Shown: in pieces, positions 8,743 to 17,818 of the stretch
Numbering within the stretch: position 1 is the first letter of the stretch
Layout of the letters: each line of letters begins with the position of its first letter
Source of the DNA: Bdellovibrionales bacterium
GTDB taxonomy: Bacteria; Bdellovibrionota; Bdellovibrionia; Bdellovibrionales; JAGQZY01
NCBI GenBank assembly: GCA_964230645.1
Contig: CAXRHT010000002.1
Location: 1-64,000, forward strand
Direction: 5' to 3'
Length of the DNA: 64,000 nucleotides
Made by a program: the position numbers and the translations under genes
Notes under the pieces: model-generated
Databases searched by the model: none
Told to the model about the DNA's origin: nothing
What the model saw: only the letters and a program-made list of their open reading frames with translations

Positions 8743-11700
8743 TTAGTTGTATGATTTATTTAGTTTTGATTCTTTCCAAATATAAAAAATAACGGGATAT
8801 ATTAACAGTTCTAAAAGAAAAGAGGTAGCGAGCCCACCAATCATAGGAGCTGCAATTCTTTTCATAACTTCACTTCCAGCACCTGTTGACCACATAATCG
8901 GAATCAGCCCCATAAAGAGTGCTGCTACCGTCATAAGCTTAGGTCTCACCCGATGAACCGCACCTTCGATCACGGCCTGTTCGAGATCAGCTTTTGAATT
9001 TAATTTTCCCGAGTCTTTTCGATCTTTATAAGCAAGGTCTAAGTACAATAGCATAAACACGCCAGTTTCTGCATCGAGCCCTAATAAGGCTATCATACCG
9101 ACCCAGGCAGCTATTGAGATATTGTATTCAAGAAAGACTAAAAACCAAACAGCACCAATCAGCGAGAAGGGGACCGCTAAGAGAATAATTCCAGTTTTAA
9201 TCCAAGATCCAGTATTAAAATAAAGTAAATATAGAATTAAAATGAGAGTTAAAGGAATGATATAAGTCAATCTTTTCTTCACTCTTTCCATATTTTTAAA
9301 CTGACCACTCCATTCGACAATATAGCCTTCTGGAATCTTAACATTTTGATCAATTTGTTTTTTAGCTCTTTCAACATAAGAGCCAATATCAGTTTTTTCG
9401 AGGTCAATATCGACATATACATAGCCAACAAGTGAGGCGTTCTCATCTCTGATCATTCCGGGTCCATTGTTGACCTTTACATTCGCCACGGCACTCAGAG
9501 GAATCTGTGCGCCTGTTGCAGAGGAAGTGATCAAAGCTCTTTCAATGCTGGGAATGTCTTGTCTAAATTCTGGAGCAAATCGAACCTGGATAGGATACCT
9601 TTCTCTTGAGGCTAAAATTTGAGAAACATTTGCTCCGCCGATTGCAGCCATTGCCTGATCTTGGACTTCTTTAACTGTTAAGCCATAGGTTTTTAATTTT
9701 TCACGATTAATATCTAAATCTAAAAAATAACCACTAGCAATTCTTTCAGCAACTGCCGATCGGGTGCCATTAAGCTTTTTTATTTCGGATTCTAATTTTT
9801 GACCTATATCTTGAATAGTTTCTAAATCAGGACCAAAAACCTTGAGTCCGACAGTGCTTCGAATGCCAGACGAAAGCATATCAATTCTATTTTTTATTGG
9901 CATGGTCCAAATATTAGGCATCCCTATAAAACTTAATTTTTGATTCATTTCGTCGACTAGTTGCTCTTCGCTTATTGTGTCTGGCCAAATTTTTCGCAAA
10001 GGAAAAGTTAAAAAATCAGGGAAATCTGAGTACCAGCGATCTTTTTTGCGCCATTCTGATTTTGGTTTTAAAACAATAGTTGTTTCAATCATGCTTAATG
10101 GCGCTGTGTCTGTCGGTGTCTCGGCTCTTCCGGCTTTGCCAAACACAGTGTCGACCTCTGGGAACTCCTTTAAAATGCGATCTTGTTTAATTAAAAGGTT
10201 TTGAGCTTCTGAAACGGATAGACCAGGGAGAGCCGTTGGCATATAAAGAAGGCTACCTTCGTGAAGAGTCGGCATGAACTCCGAACCTAAAAGTTTAAAA
10301 CCAGGGATGATTGATAGTGTGCCGACAAGAGCTAGTGCTAAAGTTGTTTTTCTATGTCTAAGTGTCCATTTAACAGCAGGTGTATAAAGTTTAAAGAGTC
10401 TCTTGCTAATAGGATGTCGCTCTTCCTTATAATAAGTGCCGATCAAAAGGGTATTACCCAATTTATTTAAAAGTGGATATTTTGTTTCAAACGGATCAAT
10501 GCGTGCAAATAACATTCGCATTGCAGGATCAAATGTAATGGCCAGAAAAGAAGCTATCGCCATGGTAAAGGTTTTTGAGAGAGCTAGTGGCCTAAATAAT
10601 CGTCCTTCTTGATCAATGAGGGTGAAGACAGGAATAAAGGCTACTGCGATGACTAAAAGTGAAAAGAAAACTGAAGGTCCCACTTCTTTCAAGGCTTCTA
10701 GCCTGACATTAAAAAAATCGCCCTTCCGTCCACCTTCGTCCCAAGCTTGAATCTTCTTATAGGCATTTTCGACTTCCACAATAGCTCCGTCAACAAGGAC
10801 TCCAATGGAGATAGCGATGCCCGCTAAGGACATTATATTTGAACTTTGTCCTAAAATGTAAAGTGGAATAAAGGCTAAAAGTACGGAGACTGGAATGGTG
10901 ACGATAGGAACAATGGCTGATGGAAGGTGCCACAAGAACAATAATATTATAAGGCTGACGATTATTAATTCTTCAATCAAAGTACCTTTTAAAGTATCAA
11001 TGGCTCTGTTGATAAGATTTGAACGATCATAGACACTTTGAACTATCACACCTTTTGGCAAGTATTGTTGAATATCATTAATCTTATCTTTTACAGATTG
11101 AATGACATGAGGAGCATCTTCGCCTTGTCTCATAACCACCACGCCACCAACCACATCGCCTTGTCCGTTAAAATCAGTTATTCCTCGTCTCATTTCTGCA
11201 CCGATACTGACGTCAGCGACTTGTTTAACAAGAATAGGTGACCTGGAATTAGGACCATGAGTAATCACGGCATTTTCAATTTGTTCTGTGGAGTCAACCA
11301 AGGAGCGGCTTCGAATCATAGCTTCGGCTCCAGAGAATTCAATAGTCCGACCACCGGATTCTTGATTTGTTTCTCTAACAGCATCCATAACTTGTTTAAT
11401 AGACAGATTGTAAAGTAGAAGCTTGGTGGGATCGACCTTAACTTGGAATTGTTTTACATACCCTCCAATCGAAGCAACTTCAGCCACACCTGGTACGGAT
11501 TGAAGTTGAAATTTTAAGGTCCAGTCTTGAATCGATCTTAAATCAGCGGAAGTTTGTTTTCCTGATTCATCTTTTAAGATGTATTGATAAACCCATCCGA
11601 CACTCGTGGCATCAGGGCCAATTTCAGTTTTTACACCTTCAGGCAGTTGGGACTGAATTCTATTTAAACTTTCAAGAACGCGACTTCTTGCCCAGTATAG

Positions 11701-12003
11701 ATCCACTCCATCTTCAAAAATAACGTAGATATAAGAATATCCATAATCCGAAACTCCTCGTACAGATTTTACCTTTGGAGCACCGAGCATAGCGGAGACA
11801 AGAGGGTAAGTGACTTGGTTCTCAATAATATCAGGAGAGCGGTCCCATCTTGAATAAATTATGACCTGAGTGTCGGAAAGATCAGGAATTGCATCAAGTG
11901 GAATATTTTTAAGACTAAAAACACCAATAACCACACAGAGAGCAGTTATGGAAATAACTAAAAAACGATTATGAGCCGAAAAATCAATGATGCTTTTGAT
12001 CAT
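8743..12003 (-). CDS. cusA: CusA-type HME-RND efflux pump
   Basis: PLDAIPDLSDTQVII, GPDATSVGWVYQY, EFMPTLHEG, DTAPLSMIET, RIDMLSSG. Confidence 0.93.
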   Translation of the reverse strand: MIKSIIDFSAHNRFLVISITALCVVIGVFSLKNIPLDAIPDLSDTQVIIYSRWDRSPDIIENQVTYPLVSAMLGAPKVKSVRGVSDYGYSYIYVIFEDGVDLYWARSRVLESLNRIQSQLPEGVKTEIGPDATSVGWVYQYILKDESGKQTSADLRSIQDWTLKFQLQSVPGVAEVASIGGYVKQFQVKVDPTKLLLYNLSIKQVMDAVRETNQESGGRTIEFSGAEAMIRSRSLVDSTEQIENAVITHGPNSRSPILVKQVADVSIGAEMRRGITDFNGQGDVVGGVVVMRQGEDAPHVIQSVKDKINDIQQYLPKGVIVQSVYDRSNLINRAIDTLKGTLIEELIIVSLIILLFLWHLPSAIVPIVTIPVSVLLAFIPLYILGQSSNIMSLAGIAISIGVLVDGAIVEVENAYKKIQAWDEGGRKGDFFNVRLEALKEVGPSVFFSLLVIAVAFIPVFTLIDQEGRLFRPLALSKTFTMAIASFLAITFDPAMRMLFARIDPFETKYPLLNKLGNTLLIGTYYKEERHPISKRLFKLYTPAVKWTLRHRKTTLALALVGTLSIIPGFKLLGSEFMPTLHEGSLLYMPTALPGLSVSEAQNLLIKQDRILKEFPEVDTVFGKAGRAETPTDTAPLSMIETTIVLKPKSEWRKKDRWYSDFPDFLTFPLRKIWPDTISEEQLVDEMNQKLSFIGMPNIWTMPIKNRIDMLSSGIRSTVGLKVFGPDLETIQDIGQKLESEIKKLNGTRSAVAERIASGYFLDLDINREKLKTYGLTVKEVQDQAMAAIGGANVSQILASRERYPIQVRFAPEFRQDIPSIERALITSSATGAQIPLSAVANVKVNNGPGMIRDENASLVGYVYVDIDLEKTDIGSYVERAKKQIDQNVKIPEGYIVEWSGQFKNMERVKKRLTYIIPLTLILILYLLYFNTGSWIKTGIILLAVPFSLIGAVWFLVFLEYNISIAAWVGMIALLGLDAETGVFMLLYLDLAYKDRKDSGKLNSKADLEQAVIEGAVHRVRPKLMTVAALFMGLIPIMWSTGAGSEVMKRIAAPMIGGLATSFLLELLIYPVIFYIWKESKLNKSYN

Positions 12004-12808
12004 CTAACCCTCTGATTTTCGATTCTGAATCTATTAAAAAATTGGGTCCTGAACTTATTTTTGCACCTTCCTCTATTCCCTTCAGAACGACATAGTAGTC
12101 TTTAATTTTTGGACCCAAAACAACCTTTTTAGGATGTAGAGTATTGTTGTCATAAGTGTACACATAACTCCCACGACCAGTAAATAAAACGGCTCGTTCT
12201 GGAATAATAAGACTATCTCCTAAATTAACTTGAATGTTGCCGGTGAAGCTAGCTTCAGAAGGATAATTTTGTTTTCCATTGGCTATTTGACCGACAACTC
12301 TAATTGTACGGCTGGTTGGATCAGCTAAGTTGTCAATAGAAGTCACCTTACCTACAATTTCTTTTTCTGGATAGATCTCTGTTGTTCCAGAAAATGCGGC
12401 TCCCTTTTTTATATAGCGGAGGTCTTTTTCAAAAACCTGTAGAGCAACGCTTCCATTTGAGAGCATTCTTCCAGAAACCGGAATAGTGTAGACCACGTTT
12501 TTTCTTTTTAATTCGGTTGGTTCAATTCCTATTAGGTCAGCTTGATAGGGGGAAATATCAAGATCTATATCCGATTTTTCTTGGGTGTTAATATTAGTTT
12601 CAACCTTGACGAGTTTCATATGACAGATCGGACAACTTCCAGGCTCATTTTGTCGAATCTCCGGATGCATGGGGCAAGTGTAAACTTCTTCAGCAGTTGT
12701 ATGGGAATGAACTTCAACTTTTTTACTAGAATTATAAAAGAAAATAACAAAAGAAATGGATATCAAGCCTAAAAAAATTGAAAATATTAGTTTTTTATTT
12801 AGCATCAT
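11984..12808 (-). CDS. cusB: Short CusB-like periplasmic adaptor with YTCPMHP metal-binding domain
   Basis: YTCPMHP...CPICHM, DPTSRT, IPERAV, FLIDSES; start ATG 12808 overlaps the cusC end. Confidence 0.8.
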   Translation of the reverse strand: MMLNKKLIFSIFLGLISISFVIFFYNSSKKVEVHSHTTAEEVYTCPMHPEIRQNEPGSCPICHMKLVKVETNINTQEKSDIDLDISPYQADLIGIEPTELKRKNVVYTIPVSGRMLSNGSVALQVFEKDLRYIKKGAAFSGTTEIYPEKEIVGKVTSIDNLADPTSRTIRVVGQIANGKQNYPSEASFTGNIQVNLGDSLIIPERAVLFTGRGSYVYTYDNNTLHPKKVVLGPKIKDYYVVLKGIEEGAKISSGPNFLIDSESKIRGLDDQKHH

Positions 12809-14012
12809 TAACCTTCTCAGCTTGATATTGTGCAAGCCATGAAACAGCTTGTTCGTATTGAGTTTTTAAAGTTAGAATTTGAAGACGCGTATCAGGAATA
12901 GATAAATAAGTGTCCAAATGTTCTTGTAAGCTACTAAGATTTCTTGGTGAAATGTTTTGGAATAGTCTTTTTCTTTGAATAGCTCTTGGAAGTATCTTCT
13001 GCTCTAGAGTTTTGATTTGGGCCTTTAATGACCTCAACGCTTCTTCTAAATTTATTTTTTCAGCTTGGATTTGTCGAATTTTCTTTTTTAATTTTATTTC
13101 AGTTTCAAGACGTTGTGCATGACCTTGACTAGATTTTGCTCGGGGCTGCCAAAAATAAGCAAAAGGCAAAGTGAGGCCGACCATAATTTGATTGTTTTCT
13201 GGAAACCTTAAAGTCTCTTCCATACGACCATAGCTAATTGTAAAATCGGGAAGCCACTCGGTGCGAGCCGCTTTTTCTAATGACTCGTAATGTTTTAAAT
13301 GCATCTTCATTGCTTGAATTTGTGGGACATTTTCTATTGAAGATATATTTGGTAGTTTCCTCATTGGAGGTTCGATAGCTTTAAATCTAAAATTCTTAGG
13401 GTCATTATCCACAAGCTGTGCGGCCATAGACAGACGTTCTTGGTGCACTTGAGAATTATTCTCTAAACTAATTTCGACTCGATCCTTTTCTGATTCAGCT
13501 TTTAAAAGGTGAATTTTAGCAAAAGTATCAGATCGGGCCATTGATCGAGCAATACTTATATGTTTTTTTAATAATTTTCGTTTTTCTTCTAAAATAGACT
13601 TCTGTTCCTGAGCTTCCCAAACCAAAAAATAAATGAGCTTTGCTTGAGCCATAATAGTTAGTTTTTCAGAAAGTTCTTCGTCTTTTCTTGCATGAAGAGC
13701 ATGTTGTCTGGCGGAATAGTCGCGACTAATTTTGCTAGGAAATGGAATGGTTTGACTGACCTGCCATCCTTGAGCCGTACCACCGTTAGCCATATTCATT
13801 TGGGTAACGCTTACTGAGGGGGGAGGGAGGCGTATCCCTGAGGCTTCTGCGGTAATCTCTTTGGTTTCAGCATCAACTAGGCGTAAATCCAGATTGTGTT
13901 TTAAAGCTCGATTCACAAAATCAGCAGGACTGAGGACTTCTTCGGCTAATGCTTTAGCTGAAATCAAAAGGATACCCATAATAATCATTAATTTGAGATG
14001 TTTAAGCTCCAT
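12795..14012 (-). CDS. TolC/CusC-family outer-membrane efflux protein
   Basis: Signal peptide, SQTIPFP, WLPDFTI, GLTLPF; first gene of cus operon; start set to ATG 14012 because the longer start lies upstream of the promoter. Confidence 0.85.
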   Translation of the reverse strand: MELKHLKLMIIMGILLISAKALAEEVLSPADFVNRALKHNLDLRLVDAETKEITAEASGIRLPPPSVSVTQMNMANGGTAQGWQVSQTIPFPSKISRDYSARQHALHARKDEELSEKLTIMAQAKLIYFLVWEAQEQKSILEEKRKLLKKHISIARSMARSDTFAKIHLLKAESEKDRVEISLENNSQVHQERLSMAAQLVDNDPKNFRFKAIEPPMRKLPNISSIENVPQIQAMKMHLKHYESLEKAARTEWLPDFTISYGRMEETLRFPENNQIMVGLTLPFAYFWQPRAKSSQGHAQRLETEIKLKKKIRQIQAEKINLEEALRSLKAQIKTLEQKILPRAIQRKRLFQNISPRNLSSLQEHLDTYLSIPDTRLQILTLKTQYEQAVSWLAQYQAEKVNDAK

Positions 14013-14018
14013 ACCCTC

Positions 14019-14047
14019 AAGTACGAGAAATATTTGAGGTTGTGACA
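14019..14047 (-). promoter_or_regulatory. Putative ECF sigma promoter for the cus/cop operon
   Basis: Minus strand TGTCACAA-cctcaaatat-TTCTCGTACTT. Confidence 0.75.
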
Positions 14048-14100
14048 AACTCTCTCAAAATAGTGTATTTTTAAGAAAAACAGCATATTTTTTAAGCTGG

Positions 14101-14129
14101 TGTCACAAATGAGTGGTCTTCTCGTACTT
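14101..14129 (+). promoter_or_regulatory. Putative autoregulatory ECF sigma promoter
   Basis: TGTCACAA-atgagtggtc-TTCTCGTACTT; boxes identical to the divergent copy. Confidence 0.75.
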
Positions 14130-14161
14130 AAAGAAAGAAGGCACTTAAAATTAAGGACCTG

Positions 14162-14731
14162 ATGAGCCAAGAAAGTAAAAAGGATAAAGAGAATCTCTCA
14201 GATGAGGAGCTTATGGAGTTATACCAATCCAGCGATTATATTGCGTTTGAGATTTTGTATTATCGACATTCAGGGCGCTTTTATCAGTATTTAAATGCAA
14301 AGGTTGGTGCTGAAATAGCGGCAGAGTTGTTACAAGATACCTTTGCTCGTATTCATAAATCTCGGGATAAATACAATACACAGTTCCCATTTCTTCCCTG
14401 GGCTTTTACAATTGTCCGCAACCTCTTACGTGATCATTATAAAAAGGCCGAAACCCAAACCGTTCAGAAATCAGTTGGTTTGGAATCAGTTATTATGGAA
14501 GCTGTTTCCGATACTGTAAATGCTAGTGGTCTAAGCCAGCTAGAAATATCAGTTGAAAATTTGCCGGACAAGCAACAGAGAGCCTTAAGACTTCGTTACC
14601 TGAATGATTGGAGCTTTGTAAAAATCGCTGAAGAAATAGAAACAAGCCCTCAGAATGTACGCCAATTGATTAGTCGTGGATTAAAAAAGATTCGATCTTC
14701 GTTTAATTCTCAAGGAGAAAAAGATGAATAA
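14162..14731 (+). CDS. ECF RNA polymerase sigma factor
   Basis: SDEELM, AELLQDTF, FLPWAFTIVRN (region 2); LPDKQQRAL...IAEEI...VRQLISRG (region 4). Confidence 0.92.
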   Translation: MSQESKKDKENLSDEELMELYQSSDYIAFEILYYRHSGRFYQYLNAKVGAEIAAELLQDTFARIHKSRDKYNTQFPFLPWAFTIVRNLLRDHYKKAETQTVQKSVGLESVIMEAVSDTVNASGLSQLEISVENLPDKQQRALRLRYLNDWSFVKIAEEIETSPQNVRQLISRGLKKIRSSFNSQGEKDE

Positions 14732-15260
14732 CGATTTTAAAGAAAAAGAATGGCTGAATGAGTTTAATAATTTTATGGAGTGCGAGGGCGCAAAACCTCC
14801 CATTTCTCTTTCTAATAAAATTCTAACAAAGACAAAAAAACTTGTTAACCCCTCTCCTTGGTTAGTGTTTTTAAAATTGACTGGAGTTCATTCTGTATTT
14901 GGAACACTTTCTCTAATGATGTGCAATCAGTTTGGTCTAAATCCATTTAATACTCATCTCTCTTTGTCAGAGTATTTTATGACCTTCGGTCACTCGGTGT
15001 GTATGACATTATGTGGAGTTATTTTTGTTAGTTTTAGTCTTTTAGCGGCCTGGATGATTCTAACCAGAGATGAATTTTATATTGTTAAGAAAAACTATTT
15101 CATTCAAATTTTTTCTTTGAGTCTCTTGTCACTAGCTACATTTGTCGCGCTCGGAGCCCATATTAGCTTAAGTATCGCTATACTATGGACATTAGGCGCC
15201 GTGGTTGGGGGAGCGTTACCCACATGGACACTCGCTCACAGGAGACTGAGTGTTATTTAA
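14724..15260 (+). CDS. Multi-TM putative anti-sigma factor with Cys/His residues
   Basis: Overlaps the sigma stop; about 4 TM; H, MMC, GHSVCMTLCG. Confidence 0.65.
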   Translation: MNNDFKEKEWLNEFNNFMECEGAKPPISLSNKILTKTKKLVNPSPWLVFLKLTGVHSVFGTLSLMMCNQFGLNPFNTHLSLSEYFMTFGHSVCMTLCGVIFVSFSLLAAWMILTRDEFYIVKKNYFIQIFSLSLLSLATFVALGAHISLSIAILWTLGAVVGGALPTWTLAHRRLSVI

Positions 15261-15465
15261 TATTGATATTTGTTTTACCAGCGAAGTTAATTTTATTTCT
15301 AAAATTTGTGGATTACTGATAATGAATTTCTTTTAGCACCACTCCCAAGTTTTTGACATTCGAATAAATTGAAATTGAGATTTTGGAACGCTATAGAAGC
15401 TCTTGCTATTGATATTTTAACTATTTAGTTCATCCAATCTTTACGAGATTCTCAAACTACTTTTA

Positions 15466-16158
15466 TCAACCATCGTGGACTTGCAACTCAAGAGCAACCC
15501 GAATTGTACCCAGGTCTTGGGAGGTATAGGCATTGAAAGGGTTGGATTGTAAATCTTCTGAATCCATTTTTTTTACCCACAAAACGTAATTGGGTTCAAC
15601 TTTCCAGCTTCGAAACTGTTTAGTTTGTCGCAGAGGTTCACCGAGGGTACCAAATGTTGACTGTAAAGCGGTCGACACTTGATCCATAGATTTCTCACCT
15701 TTTTTAAATTCCACAGACATATGTTGTAGAAAGTGCTCCCCCTCTTCGTTGGAGAAAACTTGGGCATGGAAATAGCGACTACCGATAAGTGGTTTTTGGG
15801 TGCGAATTATAAACATCTCTCCCGTGTAAGGGTTAGACTGCCGTGTGACGACCGGTTTTTGTTTTTTGATAACTCTCAAAAACTGATCCATCTCCAAACT
15901 CTCCCTTGCTGCTAACTTCATTGCATTGAAGATTTTTGCCATTTCTTCAGGAAAGGCGACTGCTGGTCGTCTAATATTGGTAGAACTATTCTTGGTTACT
16001 TCTTTTTGCCAAGATTCTTTCGGCTCCAGCGAAACTCTATGATTCTTTTCTAGGAGCCGACTACTATCCTGTAAAGGTTTCCCGTTTGTTAAAACAGTGA
16101 CCCCAATCATAAAACAAGAAAACGCTATAAAATAAATCCATCGATATTTAATTTTCAT
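15466..16158 (-). CDS. Hypothetical membrane-anchored/exported protein
   Basis: One N-terminal hydrophobic helix; TAATG overlap with the M23 gene. Confidence 0.7.
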   Translation of the reverse strand: MKIKYRWIYFIAFSCFMIGVTVLTNGKPLQDSSRLLEKNHRVSLEPKESWQKEVTKNSSTNIRRPAVAFPEEMAKIFNAMKLAARESLEMDQFLRVIKKQKPVVTRQSNPYTGEMFIIRTQKPLIGSRYFHAQVFSNEEGEHFLQHMSVEFKKGEKSMDQVSTALQSTFGTLGEPLRQTKQFRSWKVEPNYVLWVKKMDSEDLQSNPFNAYTSQDLGTIRVALELQVHDG

Positions 16159-17387
16159 TAAAAAGACTCTCCAAAAGTTTGAAATTCCCAATTTGTTAGT
16201 TCACGTGACGGATCTTGTAGATCCCATCGTCTACGAAACTTATTGCCGCTTTGAGTGAGGGGTCCTGTTCCTTCCCCTGAGTATAATTCAAAATGCAACA
16301 TTGGATTACAGCATCCTGAATTGACTTTTCCGACATAACCAATGGTCTGTCCAGTTTTGAGTGACTTGTTCATACCAACACCAGCAGCTCGTCTTCCGGT
16401 GATCTCTCCATATCGTGCAATTCGACCATCGCTATGTCGGACTTCGATGGCGTAGGTACCTTGGTAGAAATAATAGATGTCACGAATAATCTTACCATTA
16501 TTTACCGACTTTACTTCCTCGTTAAGAACACGATAGAGATCTGATGCCGCATGGTAACGACTTCCGCCACCACGCCGGGCTTTGAAACGACGCATGCCAG
16601 ACTTATAGTTATGGGTTGGACGCTTGAGGGTTGGAAATCGCCAGTTGCCAACAGGTAAAGGTTCGAAATCTTTTTTATAGCTAGGGCAATTGGCGGCTGT
16701 CGATATAAAAGCATTTGCAACCCATCCACGCTGATTATTTCGTTCAGGAAATTGTACATGAATAAATGTGTATAGTTTGCCGCCAACAACTGTTTGTTTT
16801 TCCTCTGCATCGAAAGATTGTACAGGCAAGACGTTTTCGAATTGGTCGGCTTGGAAAATTGTTTTTTCTAGCGTTTCGTCCCGTACGTTTAACTGACTGC
16901 TAGCTGTGCAAACTAATTGCTGACTGCTGCCATCCATAATTTGTACACCGGTAATGGTCTTGAATCGATTTCTATTCAACAGGGCACTTTCTGTTTCTTC
17001 TAAAAATGCCTCGAGACTAGCTATCTCATCGACTCGAACTCCTATTAGAATGGAATCTGAAGCGCGTGGAATAACTTCGATTAAGAGATGGGGTTGCAAC
17101 CGTTCACAAGAAGCTTTGTAAACTTGATCGTCAGTAGTGGCTAACTGCCACTGGCTTAGCTTAAGTGAAATTGCCTGGTTGTTAAGAGATAAGGGGAGGA
17201 ACGTTTCTAGTTCAAATCCTTTGATCCAAGCCGGGGATATCCCTTTTGGCAAGTCATCTTTGTAGATCGAGCACGACTCTTCTTTGCCAAATCCCTTTCC
17301 CTCCCAAGGAATAACCTGATCAATAAAACTTTGAGCATAAATGGCACGACAAATGAATAGCAAGGTGAAAAGTAAAGTTTTTTGCAC
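16158..17387 (-). CDS. Secreted M23-family metallopeptidase with SH3-like domain
   Basis: Signal peptide; LNVRD...RGWVA (SH3b-like); HAASD (HxxxD), GQTIGYVG, MLHFE; SD GGAGG. Confidence 0.85.
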   Translation of the reverse strand: MQKTLLFTLLFICRAIYAQSFIDQVIPWEGKGFGKEESCSIYKDDLPKGISPAWIKGFELETFLPLSLNNQAISLKLSQWQLATTDDQVYKASCERLQPHLLIEVIPRASDSILIGVRVDEIASLEAFLEETESALLNRNRFKTITGVQIMDGSSQQLVCTASSQLNVRDETLEKTIFQADQFENVLPVQSFDAEEKQTVVGGKLYTFIHVQFPERNNQRGWVANAFISTAANCPSYKKDFEPLPVGNWRFPTLKRPTHNYKSGMRRFKARRGGGSRYHAASDLYRVLNEEVKSVNNGKIIRDIYYFYQGTYAIEVRHSDGRIARYGEITGRRAAGVGMNKSLKTGQTIGYVGKVNSGCCNPMLHFELYSGEGTGPLTQSGNKFRRRWDLQDPSRELTNWEFQTFGESF

Positions 17388-17407
17388 AGAAACCTCCTAA
17401 TATTTTC

Positions 17408-17435
17408 CTATCGGTTCCTTAATCGATGAGTTTGA
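17408..17435 (-). promoter_or_regulatory. Putative sigma-28 (FliA) promoter
   Basis: Minus strand TCAAA-15 nt-ACCGATAG versus consensus TAAA-N15-GCCGATAA, just upstream of the SD. Confidence 0.55.
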
Positions 17436-17818
17436 GGTTTCCCTAATGGGGCGAAGTCTGTGCGAGTTTACCTGTTTTCTATTTTTACAGTGGAATTGGG
17501 CTATTAAAGCTATTTCAGACTGTAACAGGAGCCGAATTCTAGACGTTACCCGCCCCAATACCTCTTAGAAAAACGGATCTTAGTATTGAATTTTGTAGAG
17601 ATAATTCCACTATCTGAACTTCCTCTGAAGGAGTGGCTATTTTAATAAAGCATTTACATCCCTAAAACGGGCAATTCGTGGAAGAAAATTAGAGCGGAAA
17701 AGCGATGTTGTCAGAGTCTGTCACAGGACTTTTCTGTTTTTTCTTATAAAGAGCGGCACGTTATTGCCTAGCGTTTAATTTCTATTAAACTTTTGGCTCT
17801 GACCATAAGGGAGAACAT

